A stretch of DNA of 64,000 bases from Poseidonia sp. (GTDB lineage: Archaea; Thermoplasmatota; Poseidoniia; Poseidoniales; Poseidoniaceae): contig JAUREJ010000003.1 of the NCBI GenBank assembly GCA_030827475.1, positions 6,648 through 70,647 of the forward strand, written 5' to 3'. The translations under genes and the position numbers were made by a program. This document shows, piece after piece, positions 1 through 11,200 of this stretch (position 1 is the first letter of the stretch; every line of letters begins with the position of its first letter). The notes under the pieces were generated by a model, which saw only the letters and a list, made by a program, of their open reading frames with translations, had not been told where the DNA came from and ran no database searches.

Positions 1-573
1 GTTCAAGAATTGAACAACCTGCCTCCTCCCAACACCGCTTCCTCGCAAGTTAACGCCTTGATCAACATCATGCAGTTCAGCATCGTTCAGGTTGAAGCCG
101 TTGAGCCCTTCGTCCAGTTGATGCCCAAGACCGACAAGAACTTCCAGTTCAAGGTGTACAACTTTGGCAACCAAATCGACCGAATGAAGATCGGTGTGAC
201 GGAAAACACGCGTGACACGCTCGAAGAGGCTGGCTTCACCGTCAACCTCCCACAAAACGTGGTCACCATTGAGCCAAACACCGCTCCAGAGACCGCTCGA
301 ATCATGGTCCGCACGCCAAAGAACCAGGGTTGGTCCGATGCTTATCACGTTCTGGAGTTCTACGCTGAATCCGAGTTTGCCTGCCAAAACGGAGGCTGCA
401 ACCGAGAGTCCCAGATGATCACGGTCTACGTTCGTGGCGTCTACCTTCCGGGCTTCGAAATCGTCCCAGCTCTCTCGATGTTTGCTCTTGCCGGCGCTGT
501 TGCCGGACGACGATTCCTCAACACCGAGGATGAAGAGGATCTTGAGTGGCGCGAAGCCGCTCCCGGCTTGTGA
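1..573 (+). CDS. 3' fragment of a secreted/cell-surface protein (gene continues upstream of the window); C-terminus has a PGF motif followed by a hydrophobic helix and RR (LPGFEIVPALSMFALAGAVAGRRF), resembling a PGF-CTERM-type anchor
   Basis: ORF track 10..573 in a frame open from nt 1; C-terminal PGF + TM + basic residues seen in the translation. Confidence 0.55.
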   Translation, partial: VQELNNLPPPNTASSQVNALINIMQFSIVQVEAVEPFVQLMPKTDKNFQFKVYNFGNQIDRMKIGVTENTRDTLEEAGFTVNLPQNVVTIEPNTAPETARIMVRTPKNQGWSDAYHVLEFYAESEFACQNGGCNRESQMITVYVRGVYLPGFEIVPALSMFALAGAVAGRRFLNTEDEEDLEWREAAPGL

Positions 574-663
574 CGCACGGTCACCAAACCGCCCCCTCCA
601 GAATCAACGAGGGGTTGCCTTCTTAACGCCAATCGTTAAACGGGTAAGCGACGGGGAAGGACC

Positions 664-1899
664 ATGGGTGGCCTGTTGGACAAAGCGAACGCGACAAAAG
701 AAGCCGTTATCGAAGATGAACCCGCACCGGTGGTCATTGCGAAATCTGAAGCAGCGAAAGCACCCTCGGACAATCCCGGCGTTCTTGTCGGTGGAAGCGG
801 ATCGGGCTCTCCCGACACCGCGACCAAGATGAGTTTGGCGGGTTGGGTCATCATTTTGGTTGGCGCCATTCTTTCCCTCCAGGGAGGTGCTTGGGGCTTT
901 GCCGTTGTTGCGGTTGTTGTCGTCCTCGGTGTCGGTGCCATCGTTCAGGCCGAGCGCATGCGAGGCAGCATCAACCAAGTCAAGCTCGGGGCAAGCGTCG
1001 TTGTTGCGTTGCTCATTGCAACCACGCCGTACGCCGCTGTGATGTTGGTGCCAACCAACGCCTCGATGGCCATCACCGATGTGGCTCTCAACGAAGACAC
1101 CAACCAAATCACGTTCAAGATTCGAGGGACCATGTCAAGCGTGGATGTCTCCATTGAAGCGGACGGTGTTGAGGTGTTCGCTGAATCGGCTTCCGTTTCC
1201 AACGATGTCAAAAATTTCAAGGTTGATATTTCCGATATTTTCCAAGGCAATGCTCGGAATTACGAGGGCCAGGAACTGATAGATTACGTCATTAAAGCAA
1301 CCGGGTCGGACGGCTCAAACGAAGAGGTGCTCATCAATCACGACTTGCTGGTTCGCGAGGCCATGAACGGGGGAGTTCGTTTTGCCCACGTCTTGGAAAC
1401 CACAGGCGGCGGAGGGTCCGGAGGTACTTCTTCGGACACCGAAGTCAAAGGCATTTCCATTGAGATTGCGGCCGGTGTGTATTCAGACAGCGAAACCAAC
1501 CGCAACGGAGGCGGCCACAGCATCTCAAGCGATATCAACTATCCTTTCATGAGCGGGGACTACACGGTCGATGTCAAAATCAAAAAGGACGGTGATCAAG
1601 AGTGGTCCCACAGCACCATTTCGGTTGACGGCGATACGGCATCGTGGTCCAGTCCGTCAGGCGGTTCCTCCGGCGGCTCCATGCGGGGATGGTTAGCGCT
1701 TTCAGGGGACGCCCAGAGTTCCACGGGAGTCGCTTACCTTTCGAAAGACTCATTCTACAGTGGCGAAGGTTGCTATGAGTTTGAGGTGAGCATCACAAAC
1801 GAGGTGTACGCCGACGGCCCAACCCAAGTCTTCTCCAACAGTTGGAAGATAGATTGGGATGGGGAAAATGACGAAGATGCCACCTACGACACTTGCTGA
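664..1899 (+). CDS. hypothetical membrane-anchored protein (about 3 N-terminal TM helices, Gly/Ser-rich acidic extracellular domain)
   Basis: 411-aa ORF; hydrophobic segments GWVIILVGAILSL and FAVVAVVVVLGVGAIV; no recognisable catalytic motif; TTAAAC TATA-like element about 25-30 nt upstream. Confidence 0.6.
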   Translation: MGGLLDKANATKEAVIEDEPAPVVIAKSEAAKAPSDNPGVLVGGSGSGSPDTATKMSLAGWVIILVGAILSLQGGAWGFAVVAVVVVLGVGAIVQAERMRGSINQVKLGASVVVALLIATTPYAAVMLVPTNASMAITDVALNEDTNQITFKIRGTMSSVDVSIEADGVEVFAESASVSNDVKNFKVDISDIFQGNARNYEGQELIDYVIKATGSDGSNEEVLINHDLLVREAMNGGVRFAHVLETTGGGGSGGTSSDTEVKGISIEIAAGVYSDSETNRNGGGHSISSDINYPFMSGDYTVDVKIKKDGDQEWSHSTISVDGDTASWSSPSGGSSGGSMRGWLALSGDAQSSTGVAYLSKDSFYSGEGCYEFEVSITNEVYADGPTQVFSNSWKIDWDGENDEDATYDTC

Positions 1900-2014
1900 A
1901 GCCAACGAACACATGCTTTGGCGGGTTCGCCCCTAACCGGTTCAGTGTCGTTTGGCTCGCCAAGCCGTCTCGTCTTGGATGTGAAGGTCGTGGATGCTCT
2001 CTGCTTCCGAGGCT

Positions 2015-3709
2015 TCATTGGTCTTTTTCCTCGTCCTCAACCGACGGCCTTTCGTCCATCGGTTTACTGAAGTCTTCCGGAGTTTTCTTGGATTGAGCCG
2101 AGATGTAAAGGGCGAGACCACCAAAGCCAACGAGGGCGACGATGAGGATGATGAGGGGGAACTCCTCCACCTCTTCTTCGTACGACCACGTCACGGGTTC
2201 AGAGGCTGCGCCTGCATCGTCGTGAACAGCGCCTGCAATGCCGTCCAGGGCGGTGGGCAGCAAAGGCTTGCACGTCAAGGTGGCTTCACCAGAGGTGTAG
2301 ACATACCACGTGAAGGGAATTTCCTTGGATTCGCCTGCCCCCAAACTCACGACCATTTGCGTGGTGTCGGCAATGTCTTCGCCCTCGTAACACCAGACGT
2401 TCACGCCCGAGGCAGCAGCGCTGCCGGTGTTTTCAACGGTCACGGTTCCGGAGACGCTCTTGTTGGCCACACCAACCGTTGTTTCCGGAGCGACGGCCGT
2501 GACGGTGATGTAGGGCAAGTCGAGTTCGATGGTCCCGGTTGAGGTGGTGGGGGCATCGATGGTTTTGGAGAACGTTCCCCAACTGCTGGAGATGGAAAGG
2601 GTGATGGTTGCCTCTTCTTCGTGAACCACGCCGTTGCCGTCCATCCAAGCCACCATGCGCTTGTTCTCGTTGGTCTCGCCCGGGCCAACGAGCACGATGT
2701 CTCCGTTGGCGTCCGTCAAGTCGTTCCAATCGTTGGCGTTGTAGCCGATGTTGTAGATGTCGAGGCTGCCGTTGGGAATGTTGGTGCTCAATGTCCGCTG
2801 AGAGAGAATTCGGACCCAAGCGTCGGTTGTGCCCCCGGTCCCTTGGCTGTTGGTGTACGTGATGCCGGCTTCGTCGTGAAGCACGATGTCTTCGTCCGTT
2901 CGAGACCCGCTGATGATGGAATTGAGGACGCTGACCGTGGATGTGCTGGCGGCGTGAATCGGTGCGCTTCCCGTCAGGCTGGTGCCGTCAAACGAACAGA
3001 TCGCAGCACACGAAATGTTCCCGCCGAGGATGGTGGAGCTCGTGACGGTCAAGTCGCCGTGGGCGTGAAGGTCGAAACCTGATTGGAACCAGTAGAGCGG
3101 TGCCTCGGAGGCGGAGATGTCTTGCGCAGGGATTGTCATCGTATCGCCTCCGCTGTGTATGGCCTTCGCCCAGAGCACGTAGGTTGGCGTGAAATAGGCG
3201 GTTTCAACGGAAATTTCCAGGTCGGTCCCGTTGAGCGGGACATCGAATTCAACGGTATCGGATCCTGAAGCGTTGACGGTGGTCTCACCGTAGGTGAAGT
3301 TGACTTTCACGCCGTCGGCGACGACGTGGTTGAGCTTGAGTTGGACAACGCCCGATTCTGCGATGTCACCGAAATTCAAAGTTAACACGGCAGGAACAAA
3401 ACTGTTCACTTCGACCCGGAGGCCAGCGTTCAGGTTTTCGCTGAGCAAGGCACCGTTGGTCAACACCAACTGGCCCCCATCTTCAACGGTGATGGAGGAC
3501 CCCGTCGCCATGGTGATGTTTGCACTCACGGTCAATGTGTTTCCGCTTTCAACCGTGACGTGCCCGTCCATCCTCGTGTCTTCAGTCCAGGCTTCGTTCG
3601 TTTGAACGGTGGTGCTGTCACCGTTTGACGGCGGACTGGCTGATGCGGCCATCGACGACATCAGAAGCAGGGTCATCATCAACAGGGCTCGGTAAGGTAG
3701 GTCTCGCAT
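2015..3709 (-). CDS. secreted cell-surface protein with C-terminal TM anchor (signal peptide MRDLPYRALLMMTLLLMSSMAASA; C-terminal FPLIILIVALVGFGGLALYI + KK)
   Basis: 585-aa ORF 2015..3772. Internal Met chosen because it is followed by a typical signal peptide. T/S/N/G-rich beta-rich composition typical of archaeal surface proteins. Confidence 0.65.
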   Translation of the reverse strand: MRDLPYRALLMMTLLLMSSMAASASPPSNGDSTTVQTNEAWTEDTRMDGHVTVESGNTLTVSANITMATGSSITVEDGGQLVLTNGALLSENLNAGLRVEVNSFVPAVLTLNFGDIAESGVVQLKLNHVVADGVKVNFTYGETTVNASGSDTVEFDVPLNGTDLEISVETAYFTPTYVLWAKAIHSGGDTMTIPAQDISASEAPLYWFQSGFDLHAHGDLTVTSSTILGGNISCAAICSFDGTSLTGSAPIHAASTSTVSVLNSIISGSRTDEDIVLHDEAGITYTNSQGTGGTTDAWVRILSQRTLSTNIPNGSLDIYNIGYNANDWNDLTDANGDIVLVGPGETNENKRMVAWMDGNGVVHEEEATITLSISSSWGTFSKTIDAPTTSTGTIELDLPYITVTAVAPETTVGVANKSVSGTVTVENTGSAAASGVNVWCYEGEDIADTTQMVVSLGAGESKEIPFTWYVYTSGEATLTCKPLLPTALDGIAGAVHDDAGAASEPVTWSYEEEVEEFPLIILIVALVGFGGLALYISAQSKKTPEDFSKPMDERPSVEDEEKDQ

Positions 3710-3810
3710 GATGAAAAGCAGAGGTGGCGGATGAATAAGCGTTCTTCCGTCCGCGGGTGGCGAAGAGCGCATCGCGAAGGGATTATGCGTTGCCGCTTCA
3801 TCCAGCAGCC

Positions 3811-5085
3811 ATGGAAGCAGCCTCGGTTTTGGTCGTTGGGAGCGGAGGTCGAGAACACGCCCTCTGCTTGGCTTTGAACGAATCTCGACGGGTTTCCGCC
3901 CTCCACTGTGTTCCGGGGAACGCAGGTACGGCCCTTCTCGCTACGAATCACGATGTTGGAGTGACGGAAAGCGAACTGATGCCGCTCATCGCATCGCTCA
4001 GCATCGATCTGGTTGTGGTTGGGCCCGAGGCCCCGCTTTGTGCTGGGCTTGCAGACGCTTGCGCAGCGGCCAATATTCCATGTTTTGGACCCGTCGCAGC
4101 ACTCGCCCATCTGGAGGGTTCAAAGCTGCACGCCAAAGAAACGATGCAAGCAGCAGGTGTGCCCACCGCCGATTATGTGCGCTTGGATGCCTCAAGCGAC
4201 GTGGAAGCAGCGCTCGATGCCTACTCAGGCAAGCCCTGGGTGGTCAAGAGGGACGTCCTCGCTGGAGGCAAAGGCGTGGTGGTGACGTCCGACCGAGAAG
4301 AAGCAAAAGCCTTCATCCATTCTTCTGTGGCCACCGATGGGTTTGTTTTGCTCGAAGCCTTTCTCCCTGGGGAAGAAGCGAGCATGCTCGTGGTCATGGA
4401 CGGGACGGCCTTTCGCACCCTTCCAGCCAGTCAAGACCACAAACGTGCTTACGACGGGGATGAAGGCCCCAACACGGGTGGCATGGGTGCATATTGCCCC
4501 GCTCCGGTGGTGTCGCAGGCCGTCCACGCTCGCATCGTTGAGCGCATCGTTGAGCCCATGCACCGCCACCTTGCCTCCCAACCCGTGCCCTACCGAGGCG
4601 TGCTCTTCATCGGGCTGATGATCGATGATAACGACGACCCTTTCGTTGTTGAGTTCAATGTACGGTTCGGCGATCCAGAGTGTCAAGTGACGCTTCCGTT
4701 GCTCAAGACCGACGTTTTTTCGCTGCTTTACGGGGCCGCTACCGACGAGCTTCATACCGTGGAACTCAACGTGTCCGATGAAACGGCGGTGACGGTGGTT
4801 CTGGCTTCGGAAGGCTATCCCGCCTCCCCCTTCAAGGGGCGTCGGTTGGATGGCCTTGAAGCGTGCATTGCCCGTTCAAAATACGGAATTGCTTGGGTCA
4901 ATTTTGCGGGTGTTGGCCTCGCAGATGACGGCGAATACATCGCCACCGGAGGCCGGGTTCTCTCAACAACTGCACAGGGAGCGAACCTCCAATTTGCACG
5001 AGCGAATGCATACGAAATGATGGACCAAATTTCCCTTCAAGGAGGCCACTTCCGGACCGATATAGGTCACCGAGCCTTGCCGTGA
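3811..5085 (+). CDS. purD: phosphoribosylamine--glycine ligase (GAR synthetase)
   Basis: N-terminus [16 protein letters not shown]-grasp body and C-terminal GGRVL motif; the ORF track extends to 3757 but the family N-terminus starts at MEAAS. Confidence 0.9.
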   Translation: MEAASVLVVGSGGREHALCLALNESRRVSALHCVPGNAGTALLATNHDVGVTESELMPLIASLSIDLVVVGPEAPLCAGLADACAAANIPCFGPVAALAHLEGSKLHAKETMQAAGVPTADYVRLDASSDVEAALDAYSGKPWVVKRDVLAGGKGVVVTSDREEAKAFIHSSVATDGFVLLEAFLPGEEASMLVVMDGTAFRTLPASQDHKRAYDGDEGPNTGGMGAYCPAPVVSQAVHARIVERIVEPMHRHLASQPVPYRGVLFIGLMIDDNDDPFVVEFNVRFGDPECQVTLPLLKTDVFSLLYGAATDELHTVELNVSDETAVTVVLASEGYPASPFKGRRLDGLEACIARSKYGIAWVNFAGVGLADDGEYIATGGRVLSTTAQGANLQFARANAYEMMDQISLQGGHFRTDIGHRALP

Positions 5086-5232
5086 TTTCTTTAAGAATGA
5101 AAGTCGCCTCGGAGCATCGTAAAGCGCAGACTGGGGCACAATGCCGGGTCGTGTGTTCCATTATCTTCAAAAGGGGTTCAGAAGTGGCCAACGACGCCAG
5201 CCTTGAGGCTGGACCGAAATTGAGGGATAGAA

Positions 5233-8200
5233 ATGGAAGAACATACGGAAACGACGGCAAATCAGCCCGGCGCCATCATGGGGTTGCTGCTCGCACCCTT
5301 GGCCGTGCTGCTTGCTCTTGCCACCACCCGAGTCGTGGGCATTGAATACGACTTGACATTGAACAACATGATGCCGATGCTCGTCGTCGCCATCGCCAGT
5401 ATGCTGGCTCTCGTGCCACGCATCGTTCAGGACGCTCGACCCGAATTCGCCTCTTCCACCCTTTCCCTCGGCGTGCTTGCAATCGCGTTCTTCGGTGCTG
5501 AGGTGCTCCACTCCTTCTTGGGCGTTGACGCTCTTGCTGCGCTGATGTTTGCTGTTCTTGTGGTTTTGGGGTCAAACTTTGACCGCCGTGGGCGCCACGA
5601 GTGGGTCGCCATGATGACCTTCTCTGGCGTTGGGTTTTGGCTCGCCCTCGCTGCGGCAGGGGATGCCCTCGCTGCGCTCCCCTCAACGTACACGATGGAG
5701 AGCGGCCAACTCGTCTCGACCATGAACCTTGAGCGTCAAGCCACGGCTTACGTCTTCTTTGCTTACTGGACGATGTTCACGGTCGTAGGCGTTTTGGCTG
5801 GCGTGCTCGCTCGAGGCACGGTCAACCCCGCAGGCGCTGAGGGCTGGTTTGCCTTCCTCGGCCAACACGACGGTTTCAACCGCGCCAACCTGCCGCTCGT
5901 CATCGCCCTCGTCGTTTGGGTGCTCGCCTTCGTTGGCTCCTTGTTCCACTTCAATTCGGTGGACACGATTGACCAGTTGGCCATCACCACCGAAGCAGGT
6001 TACCACGGCTACATCGGCTACTGGACGGCATTTTTGACCGGTTTAGTGGCTCTCATCGTCGCCGGCATGTGCGCCGAGCGATGGTACACCCGCGCCATGC
6101 TCGTGGGTTCCATGTGGGGACTTTACCAAGTCGCTGCTTGGTTTGAAGCCGGTATTTGGTACAACGAAGACATGGACGGCACATGGGGTGCGCTGATCTG
6201 GCTCGGTATCACGTTCTTTTTGGGCGTGGGCATTTACTCCATCGGCAACCACGAAAAGTACGGTGGATGGGCTAACCTTGGCGAGCACGAGCCCTCTCAG
6301 GCTCGCCTGTTCCTCCGGGCACACGGAGCGGGCTTGATGATCGCTCTTGCCTTCTTGGTCGGCCTTGCCATTCGAATTCAATGGTACGCCGTGCCCTCAA
6401 TGAACGCCTTCGGAACCGGAAACTGGGACATGACGGGGGGTTCGGACCCTTGGTACATGAAGCGCGTGGTTGATTACATCCTGGCAAACAACGCTCACTT
6501 GGTGTTCGATGCCGACCGATTCTATCCCATTGGCGGCATCAACCCTCGTCCCCCGCTCTTCTCATGGACCATGGCCATCGGTGCGATGTTCTTGGAGCCC
6601 TTCCTCAACACGCCTGAAGATGCTGTTTGGTGGAGCATGCTCGCTCTACCCGCTGTCTACGGTGCGCTGACCGTGTTCCCCATCGCCATCATCGCCAAAG
6701 ATCACTTTGGAAAGGGTGCAGGCGTCATCGCAGCATGGCTCATCGCCTTCATGCCCGCTCACGTCACCCACTCCACGTGGGCGCTCGCTGACCACGACTC
6801 CTTTGTGATGCTCTTCATCTCGGTCGGCTTCTTGTATTGGCTGCGTGCGGTGAAGTACGCTGGCTCGGCTCGAATTACAAAAGTCACCACGGCGCATCCA
6901 AAGTCCTTCTTCCAGGCTTACCTGGACGTGCTTGCACACCGTCAGGCAGCCGTCGCCAACGCCGTGCTCGCCGGTGTCGCCTTTGGTATCGTTTCCCTGG
7001 GTTGGAAAGGGTTCGTTGTTGGGCCATCGATTTTGTTCCTCGCCTATGCCTTGCAGGTGGCCTTGAACATGTTCCGCCGAAGAGATTCAACCACGCTGAG
7101 TGCGCTTTTCCTCACGATGCTTTTGACGACCTTCCTGATGGCACTGCCCTTCTACGGTCACCCGGAATTCGACTTGATTCTCAACCCCACCGGGCTGCAA
7201 CCCTTCCTGTTCATTTCCGGATTCACCCTGGCCATTGCCTTCGTGACCACCGGATTCCGTGACAAACCTTGGTTGCTCGTGCTGGGCACGCTGGTTGGAT
7301 TGGCCGCAGTCTTCTTCATTCTGCTGTACATCCTCAAGACATTGGAACTCTCAAACGCATGGGATGTCCTGTTCACGGGAAGCGGTTACTTCACGAAGAC
7401 CAAGATTTTCGGTACGGTTGCTGAAGCCAACGCTCCGAACCGAGCCCAACTCTTTGCTTCCTTCGGACCCATCACGTTCTTGCTTGCGCTCATCATCGGC
7501 GGCGGGCTGCTCTGGAAGGGTCTTCGATATCGCAAAGGCACGGAACTCGTGTTCGGTGTTTGGGTCTTCGCAGCCACCTTCATGGCTTGGAACGCTGCTC
7601 GGTTCATGTTCAACGCCACTCCCGTGATGGCCGTTCTCGGTGCTGCGGGTATCGTTGCACTTTGGCAGTGGGCCAACTGGAGCGGTTTGGTTCGTTCGTG
7701 GAAGAAATTCGGCATCCGAACCCCAGCTGACCGCATCACTGGCGCACGAAAGGCCGTTTGGCGGACGCCACAATTCTCGGCGATTTTCCTTGTCATGATC
7801 ATGATTTTCAGCCAACAAGCCACCTACGGCTTGGACTCTGCGATCCCCGGGACTTCGAACCAAGAGGGAGAAATCGACGAGCGAATCTACAACGTCGTCC
7901 CCGATATCCTGCGTTTTGATGCCCTAGGTTTCTCGGTGCTCGACAGCAGCAACTACGACGGTCGTTGGTACTTGGGCAGCTTTGGTTCTTCGTTCAACGA
8001 TAACGGTTGGAACGCGGCGTACGAATGGCTCGCCAACCAAGATACGGACATGAAGTATTCAGAAAAGCCGGCCTTCGTATCGTGGTGGGACTACGGTTTC
8101 CAAGCCATGAGCACCGGTGAGCACCCGTCGGTATCGGACAACTTCCAGTCCGGCATCCCGGCAACAGGGAACATGCTTTTGGCACGAAACCAAGATGACC

Positions 8201-11200
8201 TGACAGCGATGTTCATCTGGCAGCTTGCGGAAGGCGACCGTACCTACGCAACCACCGACAATTCGAACCACAAGTTCACGCCGACTTTCCAGAACACCGT
8301 GGACAAGTACCTCAACGACGCACAGATGGAGGACTTCGTGACGATGCAAACCACGTTTGACGAGACCATGATCGACTTCATTGAACTCCGTTCGTTCAGC
8401 GTCGTGAAGGCCAACCGAAACATCGTGATGGCGGAGGGACACCCCTCCACCGCCGGTGTCTTTGATGCTGACACCACGATTTACCGCATCTACAAAGACG
8501 GCGTTCCCCTCCCATGTACTGAGGAATTCTCCTCTTCCTGTTTGGGTGATGCTTGGTCGTCCATGAGCGAGGCCAACATCACGTTCACGAACAACATCCG
8601 CACACCGGACGAAACTGTCAATGGACGGACACACTCCATCTTTGGCGATTACTGGTACACGGCAGACCTCATCGATGAGTACCTTTCGGTCTCGACCAAC
8701 ATCCACCGAACGAACGCCCGATTGGCCATGATGACGCAACTCTTGACCGAAGCCTTTGATGCCCACCCAACCGCCACCATCCACGACCTCTACAACGACC
8801 TCATCGGCTTGGAGGGCCTTTACCGTGTTCAAGACTACGAAGGCAAACCCGGAGAGACCATTTCTCGTGACCACGAGATTCGGTATTTCGCCATCGATGA
8901 CCGACTCTACCCTCGCGCGGGGCGCTACACAGCTGACTCGAATTACAACCGTGGCCAACCGATGGGCATTTTCGGTGCCCCAACCATCCTTTCTGGACAA
9001 GACATCGGGACGTACATGGACGAGGTTTACGAGACCGTCCGCGGCGACTTCCAAGACGAGATGACGCGAGAAGAGGTTGACGAAGCCATGCAGAAGGATT
9101 TCCTTAACCAGCAAGCTGGGGCCGATATTGACCCGTTGCAGATTCAGGACGTCCGTGTTGATCACAACCCTGCCTTCTTCGACACGATGGTGGCTCGCAC
9201 CTACGTCGGCTACGGGGCTTCAACGCTCGGAATCAACACCGCAGCCAGCAACCCACAGCCGGCGCAACACTTCGGTCAGTCGGGTTCACCCGGCAGCGTT
9301 CTGGCAAACTCCTTGCCGCTGCCTGGAGCCATGATGAACCATTTCGTCATCTCCAACTGGTATTCGGAAGACGAAACGGTCAGCATTCAATCCACCAACA
9401 CCTTGGTGAAGATTCTGAAGTACTACCCCGGTGCAGAATTAACCGGTCAAGTGACGATGACCGATAACGGCGAGGGTCTGCCAGGCGTTCGCATCCTCAT
9501 TGAGCGCGATGCCTTCTCCGGCGAAGGCTCATCGGACAACGATGAGGACACCTATTGGATTCCCATTGGCTTTGTCGATGCGGATGACGATGGGAAGTAC
9601 AGTTTCCTCGCACCTGCTGGACGACTTCGCGTGACCGCCTTTGCCGGGGATTACGACCCAAGTGAGGCTCGTGACAACCTTCGAGACGGCTCGTATGCAG
9701 AACGATTGAGTGACATTTTGACCGACACCAACGACGACCGACAAATCAACGAAATCACGGCCATCCTCGGCCAAGTCGCCAACATGAGTTGGCTCGGAGA
9801 AGCCCAACTCAACGTGACGGCCGACCAAGCCAATCGCGTGGTGCCCATGGACCGGACCCTTGATGTCTCCATTGAGAGCAGCGGTGTGTCCGGTACCGTG
9901 ACCTGGAGCGGCGATGAAGCGTTCAACGGTGATCCGATTGCTGAAACCACGTTCATCCTCCGCAACATCTGGTCGATGACCGACAACTACACCGTCGTCA
10001 CCACCAGCGGTTCGTTTACTTCGGAGGAATCCCGTATTCTCCAAGGTACGGGCGAAGCAACGCTCACCGAGGACGGTTCATTTGACAGCGAAGGCATTGC
10101 ATTGGCCAAGAACTTCATCGGAGATTTCACGCGCGATATCGGAAACGAGCGTTCCTTCTTCGCCAACGGCACATGGAACGGAAACGGTTTGCTGGAAGCC
10201 TCATGGGTGGGCGTTGAGAACATCACTGCCTGTGAGGCCGACAACACCTCAAACGCCGTGATGCCCGCTAACGAGACGATTTGCGTTGTTGATGCAACCA
10301 CCACTCCACCAACCTACCGGTTGGAAGGAACGGTTGACGCTCAGGGGACCTTCACATCCGAGGGGACCTCCACGCTGACGCGTACCTATGGCGATGCAGA
10401 TGCAGGCCAGGGTGAAACGATTGAAGGCGCAGGTCTCTTTGAAGGGACGGGAACATTCAACGGGACCGGTCTGTTCATCGGTGTAGGAACCTTCTCTGGT
10501 CCGATGGTTGAACCCGGTTCTTTCTACAAGACCGGCTTGCTGCCCGGCACTTACAACATGATTGCACAGTTGGCCAACGGCAAGGAAGTACTCCTTCCTG
10601 ACCCCGTTGAAATCGGCGTTGTCCCCTCGTTTGATTTGCGCATGAACATGCCGGGAGCCATCTTCACCGACATCCTCTCCAACATGGTCGGCGACGGTTT
10701 GGCAAACACCACGATTGAACTGATTGACCGAGACCTTGGCGAGGACGCTGCAGTTTACATCGTAACGGATGAATTGGGTAACTTCTCCTACGGGCCCGTT
10801 GCAAAGGGCGACTACTACTACCGTGTGGACGTCGACGGAGACGGGTACTACGACCTCAACGAATCGGTCATGGTTCTCGATGACACGACCAACATCAGCC
10901 TTGCCATGGGTGTACCGGATACCGTCGATGTCACCATGACGTTGATCTCTCCCGTTGACCCGTTGACACAGGAACCGCTCTTCGATGTGTCAAACCGAAC
11001 CATTACCTTCGAAAACACTGAAGGAATTTTGCAACCGATGAACGTCACTTCGGACGAAAACGGGGAGCTCTCTATCGAGTTGCTTTACGGTGTTTGGGAT
11101 GTTCGAGATGACGCCAACCCGGACTTTGTTCTGTTTGACCAAGTTGACCTTTCACCAGGAACTGAAAACATTGTGAAGGACGTGACCTATGCTCAAGCCG

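Noticed and set aside
1-573. Calling the first gene an archaeosortase (PGF-CTERM) substrate with confidence
   Set aside because: PGF + TM + RR is present but about 20 extra residues follow the basic patch and no archaeosortase gene is in the window; recorded only as a resemblance
604-1250. Several 100-170-aa ORFs antisense to or out of frame with the 664..1899 gene (604..1107-, 636..941-, 843..1157+, 945..1250-)
   Set aside because: Arg/Pro/Cys-rich low-complexity translations typical of spurious frames in GC-rich DNA; the plus-strand gene has coherent TM and domain structure
2433-3082. ORFs 2433..2819-, 2440..2688-, 2608..2862+, 2621..3082+ inside the 2015..3709 surface-protein gene
   Set aside because: Overlap a longer ORF with signal peptide and anchor; compositions dominated by R/P/H/W
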